DNA of 64,000 nucleotides. Source: an uncultured Nitrospiraceae bacterium (GTDB lineage Bacteria; Nitrospirota; Thermodesulfovibrionia; Thermodesulfovibrionales; UBA6898). Below, piece after piece: positions 9,332 to 18,784 of the stretch (the first letter of the stretch is position 1; every line of letters begins with the position of its first letter). The notes under the pieces are model-generated. The model ran no database searches. It was not told where the DNA came from and saw only the letters and a list, made by a program, of their open reading frames with translations. The DNA lies in NCBI GenBank assembly GCA_963811165.1, contig CAWEQH010000001.1:416001-480000 (forward strand). Direction: 5' to 3'. Both the position numbers and the translations under genes were made by a program.

Positions 9332-10972
9332 TTATTTCCATTTTTTCTTCGGGAACGATTTTGAGGAGGTGGCCTTCGCTTTTGAGACCGTGACCTTCTT
9401 TCCCCTGATGACGGCCTTGTTCATCGCAACCAGGACTTTTTCGACGATCTCTGAGGGGACTTCGAAGAACGTAAAATTGTCCATTATATCTATCTTCCCT
9501 ATGCGCTTTCCCGGGATACCGGTCTCGACAGCTATCGACTTGAGTATCTCGGCCGTCTGGACCTTGTCTTTGTGACCAAGGGTCATAAAGAGCCTTGTCA
9601 TCCCCTTCTCTCCCGTCCCTTGCAGCCCAGTCCTTTTTTCACCGGCAGGCCGCGGCTGGTACTTCACGAGCTCCGTCACCTCCATGCTTCCGAATGCGAT
9701 CGAAAGGGCCGCTGCTCCAAGTTCCTCTATGTCGGCAGATTCGGCAAGCTCTCTGATGACGGCCATGTACGTTCTGTGTTTCCCCTTCTCTATGATCTCC
9801 GAAAGGTCCGCTTTTATCTGTCTCTGGCGGGCCTTTCTGACCTCGGCTACGGAAGGGACTTCCTGTCGGCTCAGTTTCGTCTTTGCGATCCTCTCTATCA
9901 GCTGCAGCTGTCGGTATTCGCGGGGCGTCACAAACGTGACCGCTATCCCCGCACGTCCCGCCCTTCCGGTACGGCCGATCCTGTGGACATACCCTTCGGG
10001 GTTCTGGGGAATGCTATAGTTGATGACATGACTGATGTTTTCCACGTCTATACCCCTGCCCGCCACGTCGGTGGCGACGAGGATATCGACCCTGCCTTCC
10101 TTGAATTTCCCCATCATATCTTCTCTGTGCGACTGGGTAAAGTCACCATGGAGGGCGCCGGCGTTATAGCCGAGCTTCTGCAGTCTTGCCGAAACATCGT
10201 CGACTTCCCTCTTGGTATGGCAAAAAACAAGTGTCCGTTCAGGCGACTCCACGTCGAGAAGCCGTCTTAGGACCTCGGGCTTGTCTCTTTCCAGGACCTC
10301 GTAAAATACCTGCTTGATCATCGGGGCGATGATGTCTTTTACGTTGATCGCGATCTTGAGGGGATCGCGCATATGCCTCTTTGAGATCTTGAGGATTTCA
10401 GGCGGCATAGTCGCAGAGTAGAGCATGGTCTGCCTCGTCGCAGGCGTCATATCGAGTATCTTTTCGATGTCGACGATAAACCCCATATCGAGCATCTCAT
10501 CGGCCTCATCGAGAACGACGGTAGAGACGCTCCCCACAGACATCGTCCCTCTGTTGAGATGGTCGAGGATACGTCCCGGAGTTCCGACTACGATATTCGT
10601 GCCCTGCCTGAGGGCCTTCATCTGCTCAACGATGGATGCGCCTCCGTAGACCGTCAGGATCGAACACTTCTTGTACTTTGCGAGCGAAGCCAACTCCCCG
10701 GAAACCTGGAGGGCCAGCTCACGCGTAGGCTCTATAATGAGGGCAAAAGGTTTTTTGCCGGAATAATTCTTTTCGATGATCGGTATGCCGAAGGACGCGG
10801 TCTTGCCCGTGCCTGTCTGCGCCTGGCCGATGATGTCGCGGCCCTCGAGCGCGTGGGGTATGGTTAATTCCTGGATCGGCGTCGGCTCCTCAAAACCCAT
10901 CTCGCCGATCGCCTTGATCACTGCGGGGCTTAAATTCAGGTCGCTAAAACTTCCCACTACTTTCTTGTCCAA
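9332..10972 (-). CDS. deaD: DEAD-box RNA helicase with C-terminal DbpA-type RNA-binding domain (DeaD/CshA-like)
   Basis: Q motif GFEEPTPIQ, AQTGTGKT, PTRELA, DEAD, SAT, HRIGRTGRAG; C-terminal IGKIDIMDNFTFFEV; TTG start with AAAGGAG RBS. Confidence 0.93.
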   Translation of the reverse strand: MDKKVVGSFSDLNLSPAVIKAIGEMGFEEPTPIQELTIPHALEGRDIIGQAQTGTGKTASFGIPIIEKNYSGKKPFALIIEPTRELALQVSGELASLAKYKKCSILTVYGGASIVEQMKALRQGTNIVVGTPGRILDHLNRGTMSVGSVSTVVLDEADEMLDMGFIVDIEKILDMTPATRQTMLYSATMPPEILKISKRHMRDPLKIAINVKDIIAPMIKQVFYEVLERDKPEVLRRLLDVESPERTLVFCHTKREVDDVSARLQKLGYNAGALHGDFTQSHREDMMGKFKEGRVDILVATDVAGRGIDVENISHVINYSIPQNPEGYVHRIGRTGRAGRAGIAVTFVTPREYRQLQLIERIAKTKLSRQEVPSVAEVRKARQRQIKADLSEIIEKGKHRTYMAVIRELAESADIEELGAAALSIAFGSMEVTELVKYQPRPAGEKRTGLQGTGEKGMTRLFMTLGHKDKVQTAEILKSIAVETGIPGKRIGKIDIMDNFTFFEVPSEIVEKVLVAMNKAVIRGKKVTVSKAKATSSKSFPKKKWK

Positions 10973-10995
10973 TAAACAGCTCCTTTAGTCAGGTG

Positions 10996-11033
10996 AAAAA
11001 ATAAAACCCCAGGGCCTTAATACCCCTGAGGTT
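10996..11033 (-). terminator. Terminator-like hairpin with U-tract in the deaD 5' leader
   Basis: Minus strand AACCTCAGGG-GTATTAAGG-CCCTGGGGTT then TTATTTTTT, just before the RBS. Confidence 0.55.
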
Positions 11034-11066
11034 GATTATGCGTGCGAGTAATATTATGACACGATT

Positions 11067-11096
11067 ATTATGGGCCATTTCCCGGGGCTTTGTCAA
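11067..11096 (-). promoter_or_regulatory. Putative sigma70 promoter for deaD
   Basis: TTGACA-N18-CATAAT on the minus strand. Confidence 0.5.
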
Positions 11097-11168
11097 CGCG
11101 CCAATTGGGAAGCCCGCAATAGACATTTTCCAATTGCCTTGCCATCGTGGCTGATCCGGGTCACCCTC

Positions 11169-11684
11169 TCAGCCATGCCGCGGATGGTTCTGTTTGAGCA
11201 GCCCGCCCTGAACTGAAATGCCCAGCACGAGAAGGAGAATGAAGAACAACCCTGCCAATTGCGGACCGAAGTGGAATGACCTGATGATGAGACCGGCCCC
11301 TAAGAAGGAAGAAAGCACAATAAGCGTCCAGCGGAACAACACCTTCATGAGGACGGCCCCGATTATACCGCCTAGAATAAACACGAGCCAGTGGTAATGG
11401 CCGATGCCCCCGCCAAATTCTTTAAGCAGCTCGAGGAGCAGGTAGCCCCCCGCAACAAATCCTCCGACTAAGACAGCGACTTTCTGAAAAAAGACGGCGA
11501 GCATCGCCCCCGCAGCCCCGCCGCAGAGGGCGATGACGAGGATAACGTTCTGCGGCTGGCCGTGTATTATCTGTTTCGCGATATCATAGCCGAGGACGAA
11601 TCCGATACCCCCGAGGAAAAGCCAGTAGAGTCTGCGGCCCATCGCAAGCATTGCAATTCCGAGGATCAACCTGAATATATCCAT
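11169..11684 (-). CDS. Multi-pass membrane protein (DUF4203-like)
   Basis: About six Gly-rich TM segments; GRRLYWLF, GFVAGGY. Confidence 0.7.
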   Translation of the reverse strand: MDIFRLILGIAMLAMGRRLYWLFLGGIGFVLGYDIAKQIIHGQPQNVILVIALCGGAAGAMLAVFFQKVAVLVGGFVAGGYLLLELLKEFGGGIGHYHWLVFILGGIIGAVLMKVLFRWTLIVLSSFLGAGLIIRSFHFGPQLAGLFFILLLVLGISVQGGLLKQNHPRHG

Positions 11685-11763
11685 GTCGGTTATAGTGTAT
11701 CATTTACGTCCGACATTGTTGATCTTCGCCCTCAATCAGGCACCTGGAATCTTTGCTGGGGCC

Positions 11764-14034
11764 TCACTTCTTCTTAAACGCATCGTAAAAGGGATTATTC
11801 GTAAAGCGCGGCGGCGTTCTCTCTTCCTTGTCACGCCTTTTTTCGGTCTTCTGAGGAGTCGCCCTTACTTTTTCTTTCTTGCTCCCGGATTCCGCCCCGG
11901 GCCGCCCCGACTTCATCGAAAGGGAGATACGCCTGCGCTTCAGGTCCACGTCCACCACCGTAACCGTCACCTGCTGGTGGACCTTCACTGCGTCAGCGGG
12001 TTTTTTCACGAAGCTGTCGGAAAGTTCGCTGATATGCACGAGACCGTCCTGGTGGACGCCTATGTCGACGAAGACGCCGAAGGCGGTGATATTGGTGACG
12101 ATGCCGGGAAGCTTCATCCCGGGCCTCACATCTTCGATCTTTTGAATACCTTCGGCAAACCCGAAGGCTTCGAATTTCTCTCTTGGGTCCCGCCCCGGCT
12201 TGGCAAGTTCGGCCACAATGTCGCTCAGGGTCGGTATGCCTACCGTGTCAGTCACATAACGCGAAAGGTCTATTTTTTTCCTTAGCCCGTCATCCTTCAT
12301 AAGGTCTACCAGGGAGCATCCAAGGTCCCGGGCCATGGTGTCAACGACTTTATATCTTTCCGGATGGACCGCCGAACCGTCGAGGGGGTTTTCACTGTTT
12401 CGTATGCGGAGGAACCCTGCCGCCTGTTCGAAGGCCTTCGCCCCGAGGCGGGGGACCTTCCTCAGTTCCTCCCGTGATCTGAAAGGACCATGTTCGTTTC
12501 GATACTCCACGATGCCTTTTGCAAGCTGAGGTCCCAGTCCCGATACATAGGTGAGCAGCTGTCTGCTTGCGGTATTTACCTCGACGCCCACACCGTTGAC
12601 GCAGCTCATGACCACGTCATCGATGCTTTTCTTCAAGGCAGTCTGGTCAACATCATGCTGGTATTGGCCTACCCCGATCGACTTCGGATCTATCTTGACG
12701 AGTTCTGCGAGAGGGTCCATGAGACGCCGGCCGATAGAAACCGAACCGCGCACAGTGATATCATGATCGGGAAATTCCTCACGGGCCGCCTCCGAAGCCG
12801 AATAGATGGATGCCCCGCTTTCATTTACCATCACGATCATGACCTCCCCGGAAAGGCCGAGGCCCCTGATGAAGGATTCGGTCTCTCTTCCGGCAGTGCC
12901 GTTTCCTATGGCTATCGCCTCGATCCCGAACCGGCTGCAAAGGGCCCTGATCTTTGCGGCGGCATCCGAAACGCCTTTTTCGTTAAAGTGCGGGTAGATG
13001 GTGTCGTTATGGAGAAGCTTCCCCTGACGGTCGAGGCATACCAATTTGCAGCCTGTCCTGAAACCAGGATCGACGGCCAGGACGTTCTTTCTGCCCAGCG
13101 GCGGGGCAAGCAGAAGCTGCCTGACGTTTTCGACAAATACACGGATCGCTTCCTCGTCGGCCCGCCTCTTCACCGCAAGGCGGATCTCAGTCTCCATCGA
13201 AGAAGAGAGCAGCCGCTTGTAGCCGTCATGGACAGCTGCCTTCACCTGATCAGACGCCGCCCCATTACCCTTTATAAAGAGCGATTCGAGCAGGGCGATC
13301 GCCTCATCCTCGGGAGGCGATATGCGCAGGATAAGAAACCCCTCACTCTCCCCGCGACGGACCGCCAGGACCCTGTGTGACGGTGTCTTCGATACAGGCT
13401 CCTCCCATTCATAATAGTCTTTATACTTTGTCCCCTCTTCCTCCTTCCCGCTGATGACCTTCGACCGCAGGACGCCTTTGGAGGAAAAAAGTTCGCGCAT
13501 CTGTTGGCGTGCGCGCTGGTCTTCGCTCACCCACTCGGCGATGATGTCCCGTCCTCCGGCAAGCGCCTCCTCTGCGGATGCTACCCCTTTTTCAGCGTCT
13601 ATGAATTTGGCGGCCTCGGCCGCAGGATCCATCCTGCACTGTGCGAAAATCTGTGAGGCCAGGGGTTCGAGCCCCTTTTCTCTTGCAACCGTGGCACGCG
13701 TGCGGCGTTTGGGCCGGAAGGGGAGATAGATGTCCTCAAGCGACGTGAGACATTCGGCGCCCTCTATCGCGGCCTTTAACTCCTCAGTGAGCAGGCCCCG
13801 CTCTTCCATAGACCTGATGATTGCCTCTCGCCGTGCACCGAGTTCCCTCAGCTGGTCGAGTCGGTCTCTGATAGCGGCGACCGCGACTTCATCAAGGCTG
13901 CCGGTGGCCTCTTTCCTGTACCTGGATATGAAGGGTACGGTCGCCCCTTCTCCGAGCAGTGCAGCCGCAGCTTTCACCTGCACCGGTTTGACGGTAAGTT
14001 CCTTTGCGATCAATAAAATATGTGATTCGTTCAT
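11764..14034 (-). CDS. tex: Tex-family RNA-binding transcription accessory protein
   Basis: GATVPFISRYRKEATG, DPGFRTGCK, VNESGASIYSAS, IGVGQYQHDV, C-terminal S1 domain; start inferred at ATG 14034. Confidence 0.95.
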   Translation of the reverse strand: MNESHILLIAKELTVKPVQVKAAAALLGEGATVPFISRYRKEATGSLDEVAVAAIRDRLDQLRELGARREAIIRSMEERGLLTEELKAAIEGAECLTSLEDIYLPFRPKRRTRATVAREKGLEPLASQIFAQCRMDPAAEAAKFIDAEKGVASAEEALAGGRDIIAEWVSEDQRARQQMRELFSSKGVLRSKVISGKEEEGTKYKDYYEWEEPVSKTPSHRVLAVRRGESEGFLILRISPPEDEAIALLESLFIKGNGAASDQVKAAVHDGYKRLLSSSMETEIRLAVKRRADEEAIRVFVENVRQLLLAPPLGRKNVLAVDPGFRTGCKLVCLDRQGKLLHNDTIYPHFNEKGVSDAAAKIRALCSRFGIEAIAIGNGTAGRETESFIRGLGLSGEVMIVMVNESGASIYSASEAAREEFPDHDITVRGSVSIGRRLMDPLAELVKIDPKSIGVGQYQHDVDQTALKKSIDDVVMSCVNGVGVEVNTASRQLLTYVSGLGPQLAKGIVEYRNEHGPFRSREELRKVPRLGAKAFEQAAGFLRIRNSENPLDGSAVHPERYKVVDTMARDLGCSLVDLMKDDGLRKKIDLSRYVTDTVGIPTLSDIVAELAKPGRDPREKFEAFGFAEGIQKIEDVRPGMKLPGIVTNITAFGVFVDIGVHQDGLVHISELSDSFVKKPADAVKVHQQVTVTVVDVDLKRRRISLSMKSGRPGAESGSKKEKVRATPQKTEKRRDKEERTPPRFTNNPFYDAFKKK

Positions 14035-14262
14035 TTTTCTCCTTGATCTCTGATGAAACGGCCCGCTGTTTACCGCAGAAAAGTTTGCTTTTTCGAAACC
14101 GGAGCTTTCCATGGTGCGTAGACACAGATGAGAACAGGCCTTTGTATTGCCGTTTCGAATAGGTTATCAAAAAAGGAAATGCAGAGTAAAGCGTAAGGCA
14201 GGCTCAAGAGGAGACCATCTCTTCTCTTATTCTTACCCGGACATCGCTGCATGAAATGGCCC

Positions 14263-16281
14263 TCAGTCTCCGAGGATGGACTTTATATTGGCGAAGAACT
14301 TCTTCGCATGGACCTTCTCCTGCTCAGGGGTCAGCTTTTCGAACCGGTCGACTCTCCTGAGCGCATCTTCCGGGATTTCATCCAGGAACCTCGACGGTAC
14401 CGAGGGCGCCTCCTTCCCGTACTTGGACCTGTGTTCCGTATAGGTGATATAAAGTTCGTTCATGGCCCTTGTGATGCCTACATAAAAGAGCCTTCTTTCC
14501 TCTTCTATCCCTTCGCTCATATGAACGGATTTCTTGTGGGGAAGTATCTCGTCTTCGACCCCGACGATGAAGACGACGGGGAATTCCAGGCCCTTCGAAG
14601 AATGAAATGATATGAGCGTGACGCCGCGTCCGCCCCTTTCCTCCTTCTCCTCTATCAGGTCGGTCAAGGCCATCGTCTCAAGGAACCCGTGTAGTGAAGG
14701 CGGGTGTTCGGATGATTCGTAATGGGTCATGGAATCGACGAACCCTTCGAGGTTTTCTATCTTCCGGAATGCGACCTCGGGCGTCTTGTAAAGCTCGCTG
14801 ATATAGTCCCGGTAGCTGATCTCTTCTATGAGAAGTCTGAGGGTCTTGCCCATCTCCGTGCCCTTCTTGAATTTATCCCGATAACGCATAATCAGATCTG
14901 AGAGCGAAGCCGCTGAAGAAGCCGCCTTTTGTCCGAGGCCGGGGACGGCGGATGCCTTCCCAAAAGCCTCAAGAAGGCTCAGGGAATTCTTACTGCCGAA
15001 ATCGGCGAGCATGCCGAGTGCGGAAGGCCCTAACCCTCTCTTAGGAGCGCCGGCCGCCCTCAGGAGGCTCATGTCGTCTGAGGGGTTTGCGATGATCTTG
15101 AGGTATGCCGCCAGGTCCTTGATCTCCTTGTGTTCGAAATAGCTTGTCCCGCCGACAACGGAATAGGGGATGCGTTTTTTCCTCAAGGCCTCCTCAAAGG
15201 GCCTTGAAAAGAGATTCGCCCTGTAGATGACCGCAAAATCTTCGCAGGGATTATTTCTCTCGAACTGTATCATCGAGATCCTGTCGACCACCCATTCTGC
15301 CTCATCTTCCGTGTCGATGGCCATAAAGATATTGACTTTGGGGCCTTCACCTCTTTCGGTCCAGAGGGATTTTTCCATTCTCCTTTTGTTGTTCGTGATC
15401 ACGCCGTTTGCCGCATCAAGGATATGTCCGAAGGAACGATAGTTCTGTTCGAGCCTCACCGTTACGGTGCCCGGAAAATCCTTTTCGAAGTCGAGGATAT
15501 TGCCGAGGTTTGCGCCACGCCAGCCGTAGATCGACTGGTCGTCATCGCCCACCACGCAGAGGTTCTTTCTCTCGCCCGAAAGCAGTTTGATGAAATCATA
15601 CTGGACCCGGTTCGTATCCTGGTACTCATCGACCATAAGGTACCTGAACCTCTCCCTGTATCTTTCGAGGACGGCGGGATGTTCCCTGAAGAGTTTTAGG
15701 GTGAGCAGGAGCAGGTCGTCGAAGTCGAGTGCGTTCAGCGATTTCAGCGCATCGAGGTAGCGGGGATAGATCATCGCCGAGGCCTCCTCTAGCGGATCGT
15801 CCGGCGATGCGGGCCCCGGAGGGGCGAAATCGTTCTTTGTCCTGCTGATCTTCTCAAGGATCGATTCCGCCTTGAAACTCTTGTCGTAGAATTTGATATC
15901 CGAGAGGATATTGCGGAGGAGGGAAACCTGGTCCGACGTGTCGTAGATGGTGAAGTCCTTCCTGTACCCGAGATGCTCGATCTCTCTCCTTAGTATCCTT
16001 AGGCAGAGGGAGTGAAAAGTGGAGATGACCGGCGACCCATTTTCCCCTCTCACCAAAGCCTTTACCCGTTGCTGCATCTCTCTGGCCGCCTTGTTTGTAA
16101 AGGTGACCGCCAGGACCGACCCTGCCCTGACGCCCGTATGAATCAGGTGTGCGGTCCTCATCGTGATGACCCGTGTCTTTCCGGAGCCCGCCCCGGCAAG
16201 GATCAGAAGAGGGCCGTCAATATGCATGACCGCTTCCTTCTGCCTCGGGTTAAGACGCGCTATTGCCCTATATATATCCAC
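14263..16281 (-). CDS. UvrD/Rep/PcrA-family SF1 DNA helicase
   Basis: AGAGSGKT, TFTNKAA, DEYQDTN, GDDDQSIYGWRGA, HSSKGLEF, EERRLFYVGITRA. Confidence 0.95.
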   Translation of the reverse strand: MDIYRAIARLNPRQKEAVMHIDGPLLILAGAGSGKTRVITMRTAHLIHTGVRAGSVLAVTFTNKAAREMQQRVKALVRGENGSPVISTFHSLCLRILRREIEHLGYRKDFTIYDTSDQVSLLRNILSDIKFYDKSFKAESILEKISRTKNDFAPPGPASPDDPLEEASAMIYPRYLDALKSLNALDFDDLLLLTLKLFREHPAVLERYRERFRYLMVDEYQDTNRVQYDFIKLLSGERKNLCVVGDDDQSIYGWRGANLGNILDFEKDFPGTVTVRLEQNYRSFGHILDAANGVITNNKRRMEKSLWTERGEGPKVNIFMAIDTEDEAEWVVDRISMIQFERNNPCEDFAVIYRANLFSRPFEEALRKKRIPYSVVGGTSYFEHKEIKDLAAYLKIIANPSDDMSLLRAAGAPKRGLGPSALGMLADFGSKNSLSLLEAFGKASAVPGLGQKAASSAASLSDLIMRYRDKFKKGTEMGKTLRLLIEEISYRDYISELYKTPEVAFRKIENLEGFVDSMTHYESSEHPPSLHGFLETMALTDLIEEKEERGGRGVTLISFHSSKGLEFPVVFIVGVEDEILPHKKSVHMSEGIEEERRLFYVGITRAMNELYITYTEHRSKYGKEAPSVPSRFLDEIPEDALRRVDRFEKLTPEQEKVHAKKFFANIKSILGD

Positions 16282-16418
16282 CGGTAGTTTCCTTTCAGGT
16301 ACTCATATCGAAGACAAAGTGCTGCACTCATAGGAATCAGAGTCAGATTTTCCAAACCGGCAGGAATGCCGAAGAAAAAAACAGCGCTCTATATTACCGT
16401 TTTGAGAAGGAGAAGGCA

Positions 16419-16444
16419 ACACAGAGGGCACACACAGAGGGCAC
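16419..16444. repeat. Perfect 13-bp tandem duplication (ACACAGAGGGCAC x2)
   Basis: Read directly; intergenic. Confidence 0.8.
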
Positions 16445-16488
16445 AAAGTTTCGAAGAAGGCGAAATAAGGGGGTCCATCGGTATTTCT

Positions 16489-17277
16489 TTAGAGCGACTG
16501 GATAAGCGCCGGTTCAAACATGGAATCTGCTATCTCCGGATTTATAAAATATGTATCTATGACTGTTTGGGCTATTTTCATTCCCCCCGCATAATTGGTG
16601 ATCCTGAAGGGGAATACGGAGCCGCCTACCTTTTTAAAGTCCGAGAATTCGGCTGAGAGGGATATCGATTTGTTTCCTTCGGTAAAATACCCGGTAACTT
16701 TTACGATAAGAAAATTGTGCTCATCGATACAGATATCCATTTCAGCCCCGTCTTTGTCACTTAGGTGGAGGACTTCAACGCCGTTTCCATTGAGAGAAGA
16801 CCTGCCGGCGGAATGTATCCGGTATGTCCCCTTTACGAGATCATGAAGTATATCCAGGTGTTTGTATTGATACACCATGGCTACGTACCGGGGGCCGAAC
16901 GCTTCTTCAAGTGGACGGGAGTCGGAGGCCCTGTATCCTCTGTCCCCCTGTAAGATCCTGAGTTCCCATGAACGCCCGTATTTTGTCTCGATGCGGAGTT
17001 TCCTTGCCCTTTTGAAATAGAGGTCATACGTCCCGTTTTCATGGAGCATAAACGCCTCGGTCCTTCCCGTTGCATGAAGGGCATTTATCGCTTCGACGGC
17101 ATCTTTACCGCCATACGCACCGATTACTTTATCGATTAGAGAGGTAATCCTTCCGGCCTCATTTGCCGTTTCTTCTGCAAAGAGATTTTCTGCGGTTGCG
17201 GTAAAAAAGAGGGAGAGCAATAGTACATAAAAGAAAAACCGCGGTGCGTGCCGCCTCATTTCCGAAATCATATGCAT
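16489..17277 (-). CDS. Exported protein, possibly LolA/lipoprotein-sorting-like fold (start uncertain)
   Basis: Signal-peptide-like N-terminus; IGAYGG near the N-terminus; FSDFKKVGGSVFPFRI and INPEIADSMF at the C-terminus. Confidence 0.55.
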   Translation of the reverse strand: MHMISEMRRHAPRFFFYVLLLSLFFTATAENLFAEETANEAGRITSLIDKVIGAYGGKDAVEAINALHATGRTEAFMLHENGTYDLYFKRARKLRIETKYGRSWELRILQGDRGYRASDSRPLEEAFGPRYVAMVYQYKHLDILHDLVKGTYRIHSAGRSSLNGNGVEVLHLSDKDGAEMDICIDEHNFLIVKVTGYFTEGNKSISLSAEFSDFKKVGGSVFPFRITNYAGGMKIAQTVIDTYFINPEIADSMFEPALIQSL

Positions 17278-17444
17278 CGCAAATGATAATCCTTTGAGGA
17301 TGGTAATATCAACTAGATGCTGCAATCCGTGGGACGGCCTTGCATTTATAGATGGTGAAAATAGCCTGATTATTGTATAATTTCCCCAGAGTGTCTTAGG
17401 CAAAGAGGGAGCAAGACTCTATATCTCATATCTTAAGGAGGAGA

Positions 17445-17837
17445 ATGATGGCAGCAAAAGCAAAGACGACGTCCAGGAAGCCAGTCAAGAAGACCGCTGC
17501 GGCCAAGAAGGTTGTCAAGCAAACGACGGCAGCCAAGAAGCCGGCCAAGAAGGCAGCCGCCCCGAAGAAAGTGGTAAAGAAAAAGAGAGCCCCCAATCCG
17601 GCATTTATGAAGGCCATGAAACCAAGCGATGCACTGGCCATGGTCGTAGGCAGCAAGCCGATTCCCAGGACGGAGGTAACAAAGAAGCTCTGGGACTATA
17701 TCAAAAAGAACAAACTCCAGGATGCGAAGAATAGAAGGAACATCAATGCCGATGCAAACCTCCTGGCGGTATTCGGCGGTAAAAAACAGGTCTCGATGTT
17801 CGAGATGACCAAACTGGTCAATAAACACCTGAGCTAA
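17445..17837 (+). CDS. SWIB/MDM2-domain protein with Lys/Ala-rich histone-H1-like N-terminal tail
   Basis: PNPAFMK, PRTEVTKKLWDYIKKNKLQD, INAD, VSMFEMTKLVNKHL; AAKK repeats; AAGGAGG RBS. Confidence 0.9.
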   Translation: MMAAKAKTTSRKPVKKTAAAKKVVKQTTAAKKPAKKAAAPKKVVKKKRAPNPAFMKAMKPSDALAMVVGSKPIPRTEVTKKLWDYIKKNKLQDAKNRRNINADANLLAVFGGKKQVSMFEMTKLVNKHLS

Positions 17838-17849
17838 GAAATATATCCG

Positions 17850-17891
17850 AAAAAGGCGGGAGGGCTATATTCTCTCCCGCCTTTTTTGTTT
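17850..17891 (+). terminator. Intrinsic terminator (possibly bidirectional)
   Basis: AAAAAGGCGGGAG...CTCCCGCCTTTTTT. Confidence 0.85.
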
Positions 17892-17963
17892 TTGTCTGCA
17901 GCGTGGAGGAAACGGTCGAAGGGGATTTCAACCGAGTAGCGCATGTTTTGTTTTGTCTCTTCA

Positions 17964-18443
17964 TCATACCTTTATCTTCTTTGGACATGACTCCATTTTG
18001 ATGACAGTCGGCTTAACCAATCCCGAGAAGTCCTTATAAGGCACCTTTATAAGCTCAATGTGGGACCCCGCATTGAAGGCTATCTCATCGTCGCGGGTCA
18101 GGCTTTCGGCGACATACACCTGCAAGCCATAGAGATTTCCGAAGGGCGGCATCGCCCCGGCCTCGCAGTCAGGAAACATGTCCGTGAATTCCTGCTCGGT
18201 GGCGAGTTCCACCGTGGCGCCGACGGCGGCCCGTAAGAGAGCAAAATCGATTTTTTCAGAGGCGGGCAACACGGCCATCGCCATCTTGCCGTCGATTTTC
18301 ACCATCACTGTTTTGGCCAGCTCCCTGCCTGAGATATGGGCCGATTGCGCGGTTTCCTGAGAGGTGTATGTCTCGTAATGAACGACCGACTCATATTTTA
18401 CGTTTTGGCTGTCCAGATACTCCTTTAATTTCTTAAGCGGCAT
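17964..18443 (-). CDS. YbaK/EbsC-family aminoacyl-tRNA deacylase
   Basis: LAKTVMVK, GAMPPFG, IAFNAGSH. Confidence 0.9.
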   Translation of the reverse strand: MPLKKLKEYLDSQNVKYESVVHYETYTSQETAQSAHISGRELAKTVMVKIDGKMAMAVLPASEKIDFALLRAAVGATVELATEQEFTDMFPDCEAGAMPPFGNLYGLQVYVAESLTRDDEIAFNAGSHIELIKVPYKDFSGLVKPTVIKMESCPKKIKV

Positions 18444-18474
18444 GACAACCCCCTTTTTTCTTCCATCGGCATTC

Positions 18475-18735
18475 TTATCCGAAATATTCCCTTATCTTCG
18501 ATTCGATCGCGAGGTAAGGCACAAGGAAGGGTTTGACGACGATTGTGACTCTTATCTCTTTTTCCTCGGTGCAGCAATATTCCCCCTTTATAAATCCTAA
18601 CGGGGTCTTCCCGGAGAAACTTCCGCTTCCTTCGTTACCCAGAAAACTCCATCCATAGTCTGCGATTGCCGATTTTACCCTCTCTATAACGGCCGGGATT
18701 TCATCAGAAGATCTTATCGTGAAAGTGTGTGCCAT
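18475..18735 (-). CDS. Hypothetical protein (86 aa)
   Basis: GGGAGG RBS; clean ORF in tandem with ybaK. Confidence 0.7.
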   Translation of the reverse strand: MAHTFTIRSSDEIPAVIERVKSAIADYGWSFLGNEGSGSFSGKTPLGFIKGEYCCTEEKEIRVTIVVKPFLVPYLAIESKIREYFG

Positions 18736-18784
18736 TTCCCTCCCATATCCTCAATCATAAGCGCCTGAAACATCTTACTTACAA

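Noticed and set aside
14049..14100. Hammerhead-like CTGATGA...GAAA upstream of tex
   Set aside because: GAAA does not directly follow the putative stem II, and I could not build stems I and III
5698..16281. Helicase cluster (HrpB, DEAD-box, Tex, UvrD/Rep) as an anti-phage system
   Set aside because: All are ordinary housekeeping families with host-like composition, mixed orientation and no nuclease or effector partners
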